The translations under genes and the position numbers were made by a program. A stretch of DNA of 64,000 nt from Desulfurococcaceae archaeon (GTDB lineage: Archaea > Thermoproteota > Thermoprotei_A > Sulfolobales > Desulfurococcaceae), in contig JAWBBW010000001.1 in the NCBI GenBank assembly GCA_038824035.1, positions 64,001-128,000 on the forward strand, given 5' to 3'. Within the stretch, counting starts at the first letter, position 1. Each line of letters opens with the position of its first letter. Shown here one piece after another: positions 39,036-49,485 of this stretch. The notes under the pieces are model-generated. The model did no database searches, had not been told where the DNA came from, and saw nothing but the letters and a program-made list of their open reading frames with translations.

Positions 39036-39257
39036 ATGTCATCTAGCAAACCACGGGACATATATCTACCAATACACGCGTTGCCATCTTGCAGTGTTTC
39101 GAGTGATTGCCCCTTTTTACAGATAGTGGAGGTGAGTAGTGATAGCGATAAATACTGTGTTGCCTATTGCAAAGCCATAGGCAGATATCTCACCAGGTCA
39201 TTTATCAAGAAATGTGAATTATATTGGTCTTCATGCCCTCTTCTCAAATTCTCCTAA
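39036..39257 (+). CDS. Small Cys-rich hypothetical protein
   Basis: 73 aa with 6 Cys (CPFL, YC, C...W..CP). Confidence 0.6.
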   Translation: MSSSKPRDIYLPIHALPSCSVSSDCPFLQIVEVSSDSDKYCVAYCKAIGRYLTRSFIKKCELYWSSCPLLKFS

Positions 39258-39470
39258 ATGTTTCTTAGATATCCTGAACAGCCTCAATCTCCCGATCCTT
39301 CTCTCGATCACCACTCCTTTGCTCACCAGTTCTTCGAGTACTCCAACCAAGCTATAATAACTGAGCCCTGTCTCTCGTAGTAGTTTGTTGAAATTACATT
39401 CACCTAGCTCCACGAGAACACGTAACACCTTTTCCCGTGGATCAATACGCCTGGGTTTCTTAGATTCCAA
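39231..39470 (-). CDS. Small winged-helix DNA-binding protein (ArsR-like)
   Basis: NFNKLLRETGLSY..L..L...GVV.ERRIGR; overlaps the cdc6 stop. Confidence 0.75.
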   Translation of the reverse strand: MESKKPRRIDPREKVLRVLVELGECNFNKLLRETGLSYYSLVGVLEELVSKGVVIERRIGRLRLFRISKKHLGEFEKRA

Positions 39471-40692
39471 GCTCTTTCCTCTTCTTGATTATGTCCTCGA
39501 TGTATTTCTCAAGTACATCTAGAGGGCCATAGTGAATCGTGACAAGCGTTGTGCGTCCTCTATGCCCTTTACCACTTGGATACGCATGTATTATCCCAGT
39601 TCTAGCAAGGCTTTGTATGTATTCATATATCTGTGTATGTCTACGCGGATATTCATTATAGATATCGCATAGAACCCTGTACTCCTCTTCAATCTCCCCC
39701 ATTTTGACCTCTTTTACACCACTCCTCCTAAGTAGCTTGACGATGCTTAGGAGCACTAGTAATTCGTGTAATGGGCTATTGCGTATAGACTCACTTATGC
39801 TTACTATATCCCGTGATAAGCTCATAATAGCCTTTCTCACGTGTTCGAGTGTTATTTTACGAGAACCCTCTTTCTCAGCTATATCGCCTGACATCAACAA
39901 TATTTCCAGTGCATGCCTAGCGTTTCCACCACCACCCTTGTCCACGCCCTCGTATTCCGCTATGAATTTCAGGGTTTCCTCATCATACGTGTTCTCGAAA
40001 AACGATAACTCGGCTCTGTATTTCAATATGTCGTAGAGCTGGCTCGAAGTATAGGGCTCTAACTTAACCATGTGTCTGAGTAAATAGCCCTCTGTCACGG
40101 GGTCTAGGAATGCTAGTTTCGACATATCGGTTGCTATGAAGATGTAGTTCAGGTACTTAATACCCTCATGTGCATCATAGGTCCTGGCTATGAAATACAC
40201 AGAGTCCTTTCCAGCAATACTCGCGAAATAATGAAATTCGTCCAGGGCTGCGATGACATACATATCCGTCTCCTCGAGATATGTGAGGAGGGCGTCAAAC
40301 ATCTCTTTCACGGAGAGCCCACGTGATGGTATTGGTATGTTTAATTGGCTAGCTATATCGTAGATCACGTTGAATAATGTCCTGTTTCTATGGCAATTGA
40401 CATGTACATATGCAACTCTATAGCCCTTTTCACTTGCTAGGCGAACGAATGATCTCCCGAAGAGCCTTGTCAAAGCTGTTTTACCGGTCCCAACACCTCC
40501 TATCACTAATACACGTTGTGAAATTGAACCTGGGCTTGTGACAAGGTGTTTGAAATACGAAACCAGTTGCCTCAGTTCATTGTCCCTGTGTGGCAGGGAA
40601 TCCGGTATATACTCCGGCATCAAACTCTCTCTGCTCTTGAATATAGAGGGCCTGTTTAATTCCTCCTCTATGATTTTCCATGCATCGCTCAT
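39460..40692 (-). CDS. cdc6: Cdc6/Orc1 replication initiation protein
   Basis: YIPDSLPHRD, GGVGTGKT, VNC, LDE, PYT, GNARHA, C-terminal wH GRTT. Confidence 0.95.
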   Translation of the reverse strand: MSDAWKIIEEELNRPSIFKSRESLMPEYIPDSLPHRDNELRQLVSYFKHLVTSPGSISQRVLVIGGVGTGKTALTRLFGRSFVRLASEKGYRVAYVHVNCHRNRTLFNVIYDIASQLNIPIPSRGLSVKEMFDALLTYLEETDMYVIAALDEFHYFASIAGKDSVYFIARTYDAHEGIKYLNYIFIATDMSKLAFLDPVTEGYLLRHMVKLEPYTSSQLYDILKYRAELSFFENTYDEETLKFIAEYEGVDKGGGGNARHALEILLMSGDIAEKEGSRKITLEHVRKAIMSLSRDIVSISESIRNSPLHELLVLLSIVKLLRRSGVKEVKMGEIEEEYRVLCDIYNEYPRRHTQIYEYIQSLARTGIIHAYPSGKGHRGRTTLVTIHYGPLDVLEKYIEDIIKKRKELGI

Positions 40693-40729
40693 CCGTTAAC
40701 CACACCGAAACTTTCACTTCACTATATTT

Positions 40730-41215
40730 TTAACTATGCTTAAAAACCGGGTGGCAATAACCAAGGCCTATAAAAGTCTCTTCATCCACTATCTCCACGT
40801 ATAGGCAAGTGTTTGAACCAGGATCATGGCGTATACCACGAAGTAATAAGAGCTCCTTGATTTCTCTGAAAATGGATGTGCTAACACCGCGTATACCTCG
40901 CGCTTTTACCCTTATCTTAATATTACTGGTCTCGAACCTCAACTTATCAATACATTGCTCGAGTAATTCTTTCCCAGGTATCCCCTTGAAACTACATATA
41001 ACAGGCACTATGTTTTCCACGAATCCATATTCCCTCATAGAGGATGCTCTATAAGCCCTCAATGGATCCATATTGCTGAAAACCATCACTAAACCGGGGT
41101 ATTTCGATGGTTCAACCTTCACATAGGGATCTAACCTGAATAACACATTTCCAATTTCATGCATACAGAGAGTGGTATTGCCAGATCTACATGTAACAAG
41201 TAGTACCGGTTTCAC
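40730..41215 (-). CDS. THUMP-domain-like RNA-binding protein
   Basis: LLVTC..G, EIGNVL, KIRVKARG, LYVEIV; start trimmed to GTG 41215. Confidence 0.6.
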   Translation of the reverse strand: MKPVLLVTCRSGNTTLCMHEIGNVLFRLDPYVKVEPSKYPGLVMVFSNMDPLRAYRASSMREYGFVENIVPVICSFKGIPGKELLEQCIDKLRFETSNIKIRVKARGIRGVSTSIFREIKELLLLRGIRHDPGSNTCLYVEIVDEETFIGLGYCHPVFKHS

Positions 41216-41372
41216 AGCTCTCTCAGACACATAACACACCCATGTCATCACAATGAGTGTTGATGTCGCCTTCTTTAATATGTTGATTAATACATTGCCT
41301 TGAAATGCTTTTGAAAAATATTGTGAAAAGCCATTGTATGCCCTCGTTGACGTGGTTGACATGTGTCAAATC

Positions 41373-42676
41373 ATGGACTCTATGAAAAAGATACAGCTCA
41401 TTAAAGACCTTTTAAAGGAAATACACAGCAGCGTTGATCCAGTTAAATTGAGAGAAAGATTCAAAGAGATCTTGCAGAGAGTATCTCCATTCGAAATACC
41501 GCTCATAAAGCAAGAATTGATCAAGGAAGACATATCAATAAATTAGGTGCTAAGATTATGCGATCTACATGTCGAGTTTTTCAAAGAGATTTTGGTGGAC
41601 AGGGAGTTGAAAGAACTTACCAAGGACCATCCACTTGAATTATTAATGAGAGAAAATGAATGGATCCTCAGGAACACCGAGGTACTCGGCATATATGCAC
41701 AGGCCCTGTTAAACACAAATGATCCCGAGAGGATTAGGCAACATGTAGAGGTGATTACAAAGCTCTTAATGGATTTGAGAAAAATAAGACTGCGTTATAG
41801 GGAAATACAGATGTTAGTATTTCCCATATCTAAAGAGGGTGGATATAATAGCCGTGCCGCGCGTACTATGGGGGCGAGAAGACCAGGTCATTGTGAAGCT
41901 GAGATCACTGGTTTCAGGAATAAATATGATCGATGTATTTAACCGCGAGAAAATAACTGAATTGGTCAATAAACTCAGGGAAATGGTTCGAGAAATCACC
42001 GAGTTGGTGTTTTGTGGAAACAAAATCCTTTTCCCAGCTATACATATACTATTACCAGAGGGGCCTGGACAGTTATCAGTGAAATAGCCAGTGAAATAGG
42101 TCTATGTAATGGATATCGAGGGATCTGAGTGGAAACCAATAGCCAAGCCCGTATATTCCTATGAATTGGAACCAGCATTTACCTGGACAAATTTGAGAAA
42201 TTGCCGGGGGAGTTTAGATCACTGATATCGAGATCGCTACAAATGGATATATAGCGTAAAACACGAAGGAGACTTGGTGTTTAAAACAGGGTTCTTGACG
42301 CCAGAGGAGGTCAAGGGTATTTTCAGGCCATTATCAATTGAAATAACCTATGCCGATGTCAATGACAGGGTCAGGTTTCGCACCAATAGCAACTTGGTCA
42401 AAGGCTTGTCAAGACAAAGACAATACTTGGAAGAAGGCTGGCTTCATGTCATCCACCTTGGCTTGAGAACTACGTGATGTGCGATGTCGAGGCACTTAAA
42501 CGAGTGGGTTTGAATATAGAGAGTTCTGGACAAGGCTTAGTGACAAAGGTAATCGGGGTCATTATAGCCCCCTGTTAAAACCAGGGATAAATCACCAGGC
42601 ATAGCGGAGATGGTTGAAGATCTCACGGAAATCGTTGAAAAACTGATGAAGTCAAAAGAAAATAATTGTCTTGTAA
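41373..42676 (+). pseudogene. Disrupted DUF438/hemerythrin/PAS-type protein gene
   Basis: Contiguous fragments in changing frames (VSPFEIPLI, LCDLH, HPL..L..EN, VLWG, ILFP, TGFL, ITYAD, CHPP); internal TAG 41544-46 and several frameshifts. Confidence 0.8.
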
Positions 42677-42715
42677 CAAAGTTGGCACAGTGTTTTTAAA
42701 AAAAGTAGTGAAGGC

Positions 42716-44074
42716 TTATACCCTAGGTAGATACGAGAGATCTATTTCCCCGGGTTCATAATCACGTAGTCTACCCTCGTTGTGATCTAGATATCCCTGT
42801 AGATCTAGCAAACCATGGCCACTCATATTGAACAATATCACCTTTCTCTCATTTCTCTCCTTGGCCTTAAGTGCTAGGTCTATGACAGCCTTCACGGCGT
42901 GGGCTGATTCAGGCGCAGGCACTATGCCCTCAACTTGTGCGAACAACTTCGCTGCCTCGAAAACCTCTGTTTGATTATAGGCAATAGGCGTGACCACCTT
43001 GTTCTTGACAAGCAATGCGAGTGTTGGCGCCACTCCGTGATATCTCAAGCCACCTGCATGTATTGGTGGCGGTGTGTAACGATGGCCAATTGTATACATT
43101 TTCAATAATGGTGTTAGACCAGCTGTATCTCCGTGGTCATATGTATATACTCCTCTTGTCATCGAGGGCACAGATTTCGGCTCAACCGCTATGAACGATG
43201 TGTCCTTTTTCCTACCTCTGATAATGGATTCATAGTAGAATGGGTATGCTAATCCAGCGAAATTGCTGCCACCACCAACACATCCAACCACGTAATCCGG
43301 TAGATCCTCTCCTATGTATTCTAATTGCCCAAGGGCTTCCAAGCCTATGATCGTCTGATGGAGTAGCACGTGGTTTAGCACAGAGCCCAGGCTATATTTT
43401 GTGTTTGGATGCGTTAACGCATCTTCTATTGCCTCGCTAATGGCGATCCCCAGGGAACCGGGGTGATCCGGGTTATTGGCTAAGACGGCTTTACCGGAAT
43501 TTGTGTATTTGCTAGGACTCGGAACCACTTCTGCCCCGTATAATTGCATCAACACCCTCCTATACGGCTTTTGCTCGTAGCTAACTCTCACCATGTAAAC
43601 CCTCACCTTTAACCCGAACAAAGCCCCAGCCAGTGCCAGAGCAGATCCCCATTGACCTGCCCCAGTCTCCGTTGTCAATCTCTCAACACCCTCGGTCATG
43701 TTGAAATAGGCCTGTGCTGTTGCAGTATTGACCTTGTGTGACCCAGTCGGCATAACTCCTTCATATTTATAATAGATCCTGGCCGGGGTCCCAAGATATT
43801 CCTCGAGTCTTCTAGCCCTCAATAAAGGGGTTGGCCTACCCATCTCAGCGTAGAGCGTTCTCAGTTCTTCTGGAATCTCAATAAACCTCGATGTGGAGAA
43901 CTCTTGTTGTACGAGTGATTTGGGGAATATGGCCTCTAACTCACATGGTTGCACTATGCTACCATCGGGTTTCTTCATTGGAGGAAGGGGTTCTGGGAGA
44001 TCTGGCAGAATATTGTACCAGTATTTTGGTATAAGGTCTATTGTTTGAATAGATCTCAATTGCTTTAAATCCAT
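42716..44074 (-). CDS. trpB2: Tryptophan synthase beta chain 2 (TrpB2)
   Basis: [48 protein letters not shown]. Confidence 0.95.
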   Translation of the reverse strand: MDLKQLRSIQTIDLIPKYWYNILPDLPEPLPPMKKPDGSIVQPCELEAIFPKSLVQQEFSTSRFIEIPEELRTLYAEMGRPTPLLRARRLEEYLGTPARIYYKYEGVMPTGSHKVNTATAQAYFNMTEGVERLTTETGAGQWGSALALAGALFGLKVRVYMVRVSYEQKPYRRVLMQLYGAEVVPSPSKYTNSGKAVLANNPDHPGSLGIAISEAIEDALTHPNTKYSLGSVLNHVLLHQTIIGLEALGQLEYIGEDLPDYVVGCVGGGSNFAGLAYPFYYESIIRGRKKDTSFIAVEPKSVPSMTRGVYTYDHGDTAGLTPLLKMYTIGHRYTPPPIHAGGLRYHGVAPTLALLVKNKVVTPIAYNQTEVFEAAKLFAQVEGIVPAPESAHAVKAVIDLALKAKERNERKVILFNMSGHGLLDLQGYLDHNEGRLRDYEPGEIDLSYLPRV

Positions 44075-44243
44075 TGGCGCATTATCCCACCTGGCATTCA
44101 ATAAATAATACAAGTTGAGTATATAAATCTTCACAAAGTCCGATCCAAGCTTTATAATATCATAGGGTTTCACTGGGGTTATATATCCGTGGAGATATTA
44201 CATGGCGTTGAGTGGGTTTTTGGTCAATCACTGGTGATCGTCT

Positions 44244-44750
44244 TTGAAAGTGGCCATCGTGTATTACTCTAGGACTGGTAACACCGAGCGCGTTGTATAT
44301 GCGTTAAAGGATAGATTAACGGATTTGGGGATTTTGGTTGATGTTTACAGGGTTTTACCCATAACTGAATACGCGAAACCTCTTCACCTGAATCCACGCC
44401 TAATACGCGATACCCTTGTTAGAAGGGATACTGATATCGTGTTTAAGCCAGGTGAGCCGAGGTTACAGGAATACGACCTCATAGTAATGGCTTCACCAGT
44501 GTGGTATAACACCATTGCACCGCCAATCCAGGGGTTTCTCAGGAGGCATGTCGCTGGAAAACCATTAGTGGTGATCACGACGAGTGGCCTCAGTGTGGAT
44601 TACTCCGAGAAAATAAAAAGAGTCGTCAAAGAGCTCAGCGGGGTTGAACCGATTTTCTGTGTAAACATCGTGGCGAAGAACATTAACAGAAAAGCAGAAC
44701 TCGATGAAATTGTCAAAGGCATTGCCGAGAAGATTGTGAGACGTGGGTAA
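44244..44750 (+). CDS. Flavodoxin-like protein
   Basis: YYSRTGNT, YDLIVMASPVW. Confidence 0.85.
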   Translation: MKVAIVYYSRTGNTERVVYALKDRLTDLGILVDVYRVLPITEYAKPLHLNPRLIRDTLVRRDTDIVFKPGEPRLQEYDLIVMASPVWYNTIAPPIQGFLRRHVAGKPLVVITTSGLSVDYSEKIKRVVKELSGVEPIFCVNIVAKNINRKAELDEIVKGIAEKIVRRG

Positions 44751-44811
44751 GCCTTGTTAGGTAACAAGATCCCTAGGACATCCAAACCCATGATTTATGA
44801 GGACTAAGTTA

Positions 44812-45741
44812 TCAATTCCCCCGATCGATCAACATATAACCCTTCATAGAGTCAATAGTGTATCTAAGCCCTGTTTCCAGCGGTGTGAACACCATGTTTA
44901 TGGCTGAGATCAGTTTTCTATTATCGGCATAGCTATTCTTTATATCGCCCGGTCTCTCCGCTTCATATATTATGTCCACATCTCTATTTACCAGTCTTTT
45001 CACAAGCAATGCAAGCTCTTTTATGGATGTGGATACACCTGTTCCAACGTTATATACATCACCCGTGATCATATCTTTATTTATAAACCTATATATGACT
45101 TCAGCGACGTCCTTTACATACACGAAATCCCTTGTGTTATTTCCATCACCGTAGATCACCAGGGGTTTATTCCTCAAAGCCCTCTCAATGAATGCCCCTA
45201 CAACCCCTGCATAGGCACCGCTCTGACCAGGTCCATACACGTTGAAAAGCCTTAGAATAATGTGTTTCAAGTTGTATATTTTCTCGAAATGCTTGATCAC
45301 AAGTTCACCCAGGTACTTGCTCAGCCCATAAGGCGAAAGCGGGTTTATCGGGTGGTCCTCCGATATTGGCAATTTCACGGGATTGCCATAAACGGATGCC
45401 GAACTCGTGTAAATGAGCTTGCACTCGGCTTTGACACATCCATGAGCGATCCTCGCAACGCCGATGACGTTATTATCGAGGTATTCAACGGGCCTTTCCA
45501 TCGATTCAGCCACGTTAATGTATGCAGCAGCGTGGATGACTATGTTGAATCCCCCACAACACTCGAAGGACCTCACATCGGCTTTAACTATGGGTATGCC
45601 GTGGTTTTCCAGCAAACTAACGATATATTCATTACAACGCTCCAGGTTATCTATGACAACCACGTCGAAACCCTTCTCAGCCAGGTAAATGGCTATGTGA
45701 CCACCTATGAAACCTGCACCACCGGTCACAGCTATCCTCAT
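44812..45741 (-). CDS. NAD-dependent epimerase/dehydratase (GalE-like)
   Basis: VTGGAGFIG, SSASVYG, YGLSK, RLFNVYGP, RDFVYV. Confidence 0.92.
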   Translation of the reverse strand: MRIAVTGGAGFIGGHIAIYLAEKGFDVVVIDNLERCNEYIVSLLENHGIPIVKADVRSFECCGGFNIVIHAAAYINVAESMERPVEYLDNNVIGVARIAHGCVKAECKLIYTSSASVYGNPVKLPISEDHPINPLSPYGLSKYLGELVIKHFEKIYNLKHIILRLFNVYGPGQSGAYAGVVGAFIERALRNKPLVIYGDGNNTRDFVYVKDVAEVIYRFINKDMITGDVYNVGTGVSTSIKELALLVKRLVNRDVDIIYEAERPGDIKNSYADNRKLISAINMVFTPLETGLRYTIDSMKGYMLIDRGN

Positions 45742-46380
45742 GATAATCGCCGCTCGTGATTGAACCTCGTATTCCACATATCCTAGTATCCTAATTAATC
45801 AACTTGCATATCTGTTCTCACATTTCCATTAACATAGCTTCGGGCGTTGCGACTTGACATTTTTCGTTATCCCAGGATATACCTGGTATTAGCCATAAAA
45901 GGGTTGTATGCATCTGTTCCATATCACTATGATGTTGCTTAGTTAAAAACCCATTTACTTGTGGAAAGAGTGGGATTTTGAAAGTCCTTGACAACGCGTT
46001 GTCACTGTGAGAGAGAAAAATAGTAGAGAACTCGATGAGGGTTAAATCATGTTCTAAATCGCCGTGCACATTCATTAGGATTTCAATGTTATGGGAAAGA
46101 TCAGGCGAAATGGCTGAGATCATTTCATGCCTGAAAGAGAGATTCACGAGAACCAGTTACCTGCTTGACAATTTCTTACCTGGCAAGGGGCTTACCAACG
46201 AGTTCATTGTTCCATGTATGTTATTCAACTACGAGTTAGAGCAACACTTTGAGTCGACACCGATGTGCTTGACCTTCTCAGGGACGCTGGGTGAGACATT
46301 GATAACGCTGAGTTAGATAACGAGAAATAGTGATGGGGCAGCATCATAAACACCGCTCTTGTTGTATTCAAAGGCCCCTG

Positions 46381-46917
46381 TCATAGCATCTCGATAACCT
46401 CGTCTCTCAATGTCGTGAACCTATTCCTAGCCACATGAACTACGAAGCCAGCACCTAGATTAGGTTCGAAGTCCTTGAAGACGTCCTCCCTGTATTGATA
46501 AGCCAATACCTCGCCTATGTATAACACATGATCTCCGTAAACATGCCTACCAATGACCCTGCACTCTAGGTTTGCCAATGCGTTTTTCACAATGGGAACA
46601 CTCGTCTTTTCACCACGTGTTAGGATAAGCCTTGTTCTCGCCAGTTTACCGGGCCCATGCTCTGTTCCAGCGATCCACACATCTCTCAACATTCCCATAT
46701 GAGGCACGCTTATCACGAACTCTCCGTATTTCTCGATCAACTTACATGTATACCTTATCGGCGCTATTGAGACAGCTATTAAAAAGGGCTTGGCAGATAC
46801 AACTGTGACCCAGTCAGCTGCCATGACATTTACTTCATCGCCTCTACCAGCCACGACAAGGTATGTCCTGAGTGGATATAAGAGCCTATATGCCACTAAA
46901 AACCACCTGGAATACAT
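46381..46917 (-). CDS. Flavin reductase-like FMN-binding protein
   Basis: NVMAADW, EFVISVP, ANLEC, GDHVLYIGEV. Confidence 0.88.
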   Translation of the reverse strand: MYSRWFLVAYRLLYPLRTYLVVAGRGDEVNVMAADWVTVVSAKPFLIAVSIAPIRYTCKLIEKYGEFVISVPHMGMLRDVWIAGTEHGPGKLARTRLILTRGEKTSVPIVKNALANLECRVIGRHVYGDHVLYIGEVLAYQYREDVFKDFEPNLGAGFVVHVARNRFTTLRDEVIEML

Positions 46918-47012
46918 GTCTTGATTATTTTTTAAATAATATAATGGAGTAAACCCAATGTATTAAATCATTCATTTCCACTAATCGATATAGACAAGGG
47001 TTCATCACAACA

Positions 47013-47330
47013 TCATGTGTTGTTCTCGAAAAAACCCTGGATCTCTCTCAATATCTCTTCTTCTGTTTTATCAACCTCTATGAGTTGATACTCGGCATAC
47101 CCAGGTTTCCTCACTTCTTTATCGAGTTTCCTCTGGATATATTCAATGGCTTTTCTAGTAGGATGTGTAGCGATCTCTAAGTAAGCTCTAGCTATAGCAG
47201 CTATGCTTGCTTCTTGTAAAACTATGACCTGGTCTTTTAAGAAGATAGCGAGTCTCATATGCCTATGTCCAGGCGGTATGAAGGCGACGATCTTTAGGAC
47301 ATCGCTATTGCTGTAAACCCTGATATTCAT
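47013..47330 (-). CDS. Hypothetical protein
   Basis: 105-aa ORF, PPGH.H.R, LQEA, HPT, KPGYA..QL. Confidence 0.7.
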   Translation of the reverse strand: MNIRVYSNSDVLKIVAFIPPGHRHMRLAIFLKDQVIVLQEASIAAIARAYLEIATHPTRKAIEYIQRKLDKEVRKPGYAEYQLIEVDKTEEEILREIQGFFENNT

Positions 47331-47433
47331 TCTCCCACTATTAATAGCTGAGAATACATAAGGGGTATATTAAGAACACTACTCATCGTAGAAGTGTTTA
47401 AGTATTTCGATGACAGCTCATTGATCGCTGAAT

Positions 47434-47490
47434 TGATCTGGGAGGGGGCCATACATCATCCATCAGAGGGACAGCATTACTCTTCATCCA
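47434..47490 (-). ncRNA. Box C/D guide sRNA; predicted 16S target
   Basis: Minus strand: C ATGAAGA, D' CTGA, C' ATGATGT, D CAGA; D guide TGGCCCCCTCC complements crenarchaeal 16S GGAGGGGGCCA. Confidence 0.75.
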
Positions 47491-47582
47491 GACCGATCGT
47501 TCTTAATAAAATCGGGGGGTTTTATACCACGTGACGAGTGGATCGGGAGAAACAAATGCTTGTGAACTAGCATATATCGGTT

Positions 47583-48365
47583 TCAAGTCGATTTCATGAA
47601 TTGGCTTAGAAATAATTCAGCCCCCTTAACTAGATACCTAATGTCATGCGATAATGAGATGAAATTATAGCCCATTTCAGCGAATTCCCTTGCCGTTTCA
47701 GGCGAATTGGCCATTATACCGATGATCTTACCATATGGCTTAGCCCTCTTCACTATTTCAAATAGTATTTCCTTGAACTCCTCTGTATTTTGCATTCCAT
47801 ACATGCCTAATGAAGCGGAGAGATCTGAGGGGCCCACAAAGATCCCGGATAACCCTTCAACCGATATTATCTCCTCGAGGTTTTCAAGTCCTTTTTTAGT
47901 CTCTAACTGGGCTATCACTATTGCATTTTGATTCCATTCATTGAAATACTTCGCTGAATCCCAAAACCCATACATCACACATCTCCTAGGCCCCACACCT
48001 CTTATGCCAGTTGGTGGATATTTAGCGGCCTCCACGGCTTTTTCAGCTTCTTCTTTCGTGTTCACCCATGGTACAATGACCCCGGCAACTCCTAGGTCAA
48101 GCGCTCTTTTTATGACGACGGGGTCATTCCACGGCGGCCTGATCAAAGGTATTAACTCGGGGTTTCTAATAGCCATTAACAACAACTCGGCTTTCTCAAT
48201 ATCTATTGGGGCGTGTTCCATGTCTATCAAAACCCAGTCAAAAGCCATATTACTGAGTATCTCCACTACCTCTGGATGTGGCATTGTCACCCAAGTGCCG
48301 AGTAACGGCTTACCTGATCCAAGTTTCTCTGAGACTCTTTTACGCCAGTAACCATATTGTGACAT
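47583..48365 (-). CDS. HpcH/HpaI aldolase family protein
   Basis: FDWVLIDMEH, KRALDLG, YPPTGIRG, QLET, FVGPSDL. Confidence 0.92.
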   Translation of the reverse strand: MSQYGYWRKRVSEKLGSGKPLLGTWVTMPHPEVVEILSNMAFDWVLIDMEHAPIDIEKAELLLMAIRNPELIPLIRPPWNDPVVIKRALDLGVAGVIVPWVNTKEEAEKAVEAAKYPPTGIRGVGPRRCVMYGFWDSAKYFNEWNQNAIVIAQLETKKGLENLEEIISVEGLSGIFVGPSDLSASLGMYGMQNTEEFKEILFEIVKRAKPYGKIIGIMANSPETAREFAEMGYNFISLSHDIRYLVKGAELFLSQFMKST

Positions 48366-48410
48366 GTGGACACCGTGTCGATTAATAGTTTCCATAAGTA
48401 ATAAACACCC

Positions 48411-48460
48411 CGGTGATGATCAAGGTGTATTTCCAGATGTAGGGGCTCAATTAGCTGATA
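48411..48460 (+). ncRNA. Candidate box C/D sRNA
   Basis: C GTGATGA 48413-19, D' CAGA 48434-37, D CTGA 48455-58; C' degenerate. Confidence 0.5.
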
Positions 48461-48535
48461 CAATAAAACCAGCTATTTATAAACCCCTCTCTCTATTCTG
48501 TTGAAAAGAAGGGGCCAGTAATTATGAGTTAACTA

Positions 48536-49405
48536 ATGGATAACGTGGAACAAGCCATTGTAAGGATAGCCAGGTCGAGCGACCTTTGTTCGATCTCAAG
48601 GATCTATGCCAGATCCATGAGGGAATTGGGTAAAGAAAGTTTTGAGTGGCTCAGGGCTGTTTTGAGGACTAGGTCAAAAAGAATTGTGACACTGGTTTGT
48701 GAATTGAATGGCGAAGTGACTGGGTTTACAATAGCGTACAAGAAAAGGAATGCAGCATATATAGAGAGCATAGCAGTGGATGAGAGCGCTAGAGGAAAAG
48801 GCATAGGTAGTATGCTTCTCAGTGAATTGGAGAAAACCCTAGCCAAGAAAGGAGTGGAGAAGGTATATCTAAGCGTTAAGAGCTGGAATATAGCCGCGCT
48901 CAACTTCTACCTTGGCAAGGGATATGGATTGAAAGGCGTGGTTTTTATAATGACAGGTGACCCAGACTACATGACCACTAGATATATCCCAGGCTACACG
49001 GTGATGGAGATAGCGGCCAGCAGGCTGAAAAAATACAGGATAAGGCCAACGACGTGGTGGAGTAACCTGGTCGAAGACATCGACTTATCTATTTACAAGA
49101 AGTTCTACAAGGAAGAAAGAGCGATTATTGTGAAAAAAGACAACAGGGTAAAAGCGGTCACTACTTATAGCGTTAACGATGAACTAGTGGTTGATAATAT
49201 ATCATTGTCATCTTATAATGCTATCGAGGCACTAGAAGCAACTATAATGGCGCTCAGGAACATCGCCGTTGCCAGTGGATCCAGGCTGATCGAGATACCA
49301 GTAGATGCGTCTAAGAGACAACTTGTTAAGTTGATCAAGGAATACGGTTTCAAGGTGAGAGATTCCGAGTACTTGTTAATGAAAGATCTCTCGACAAACC
49401 ACTAG
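48536..49405 (+). CDS. GNAT acetyltransferase with second GNAT-like domain
   Basis: IAVDESARGKGIG, N.AALNFY..GY. Confidence 0.85.
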   Translation: MDNVEQAIVRIARSSDLCSISRIYARSMRELGKESFEWLRAVLRTRSKRIVTLVCELNGEVTGFTIAYKKRNAAYIESIAVDESARGKGIGSMLLSELEKTLAKKGVEKVYLSVKSWNIAALNFYLGKGYGLKGVVFIMTGDPDYMTTRYIPGYTVMEIAASRLKKYRIRPTTWWSNLVEDIDLSIYKKFYKEERAIIVKKDNRVKAVTTYSVNDELVVDNISLSSYNAIEALEATIMALRNIAVASGSRLIEIPVDASKRQLVKLIKEYGFKVRDSEYLLMKDLSTNH

Positions 49406-49485
49406 TTATGGTTAAAATGCTGTGGCAACGTACCTAAGAAGTATATGAGGGCCTTCACACTTTTGCCGAGATGAGAGTGATCTAG

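Noticed and set aside
38940-40730. Replication origin next to cdc6
   Set aside because: Flanking intergenic regions are short and I saw no ORB-like TCCA.TGGAAA repeats
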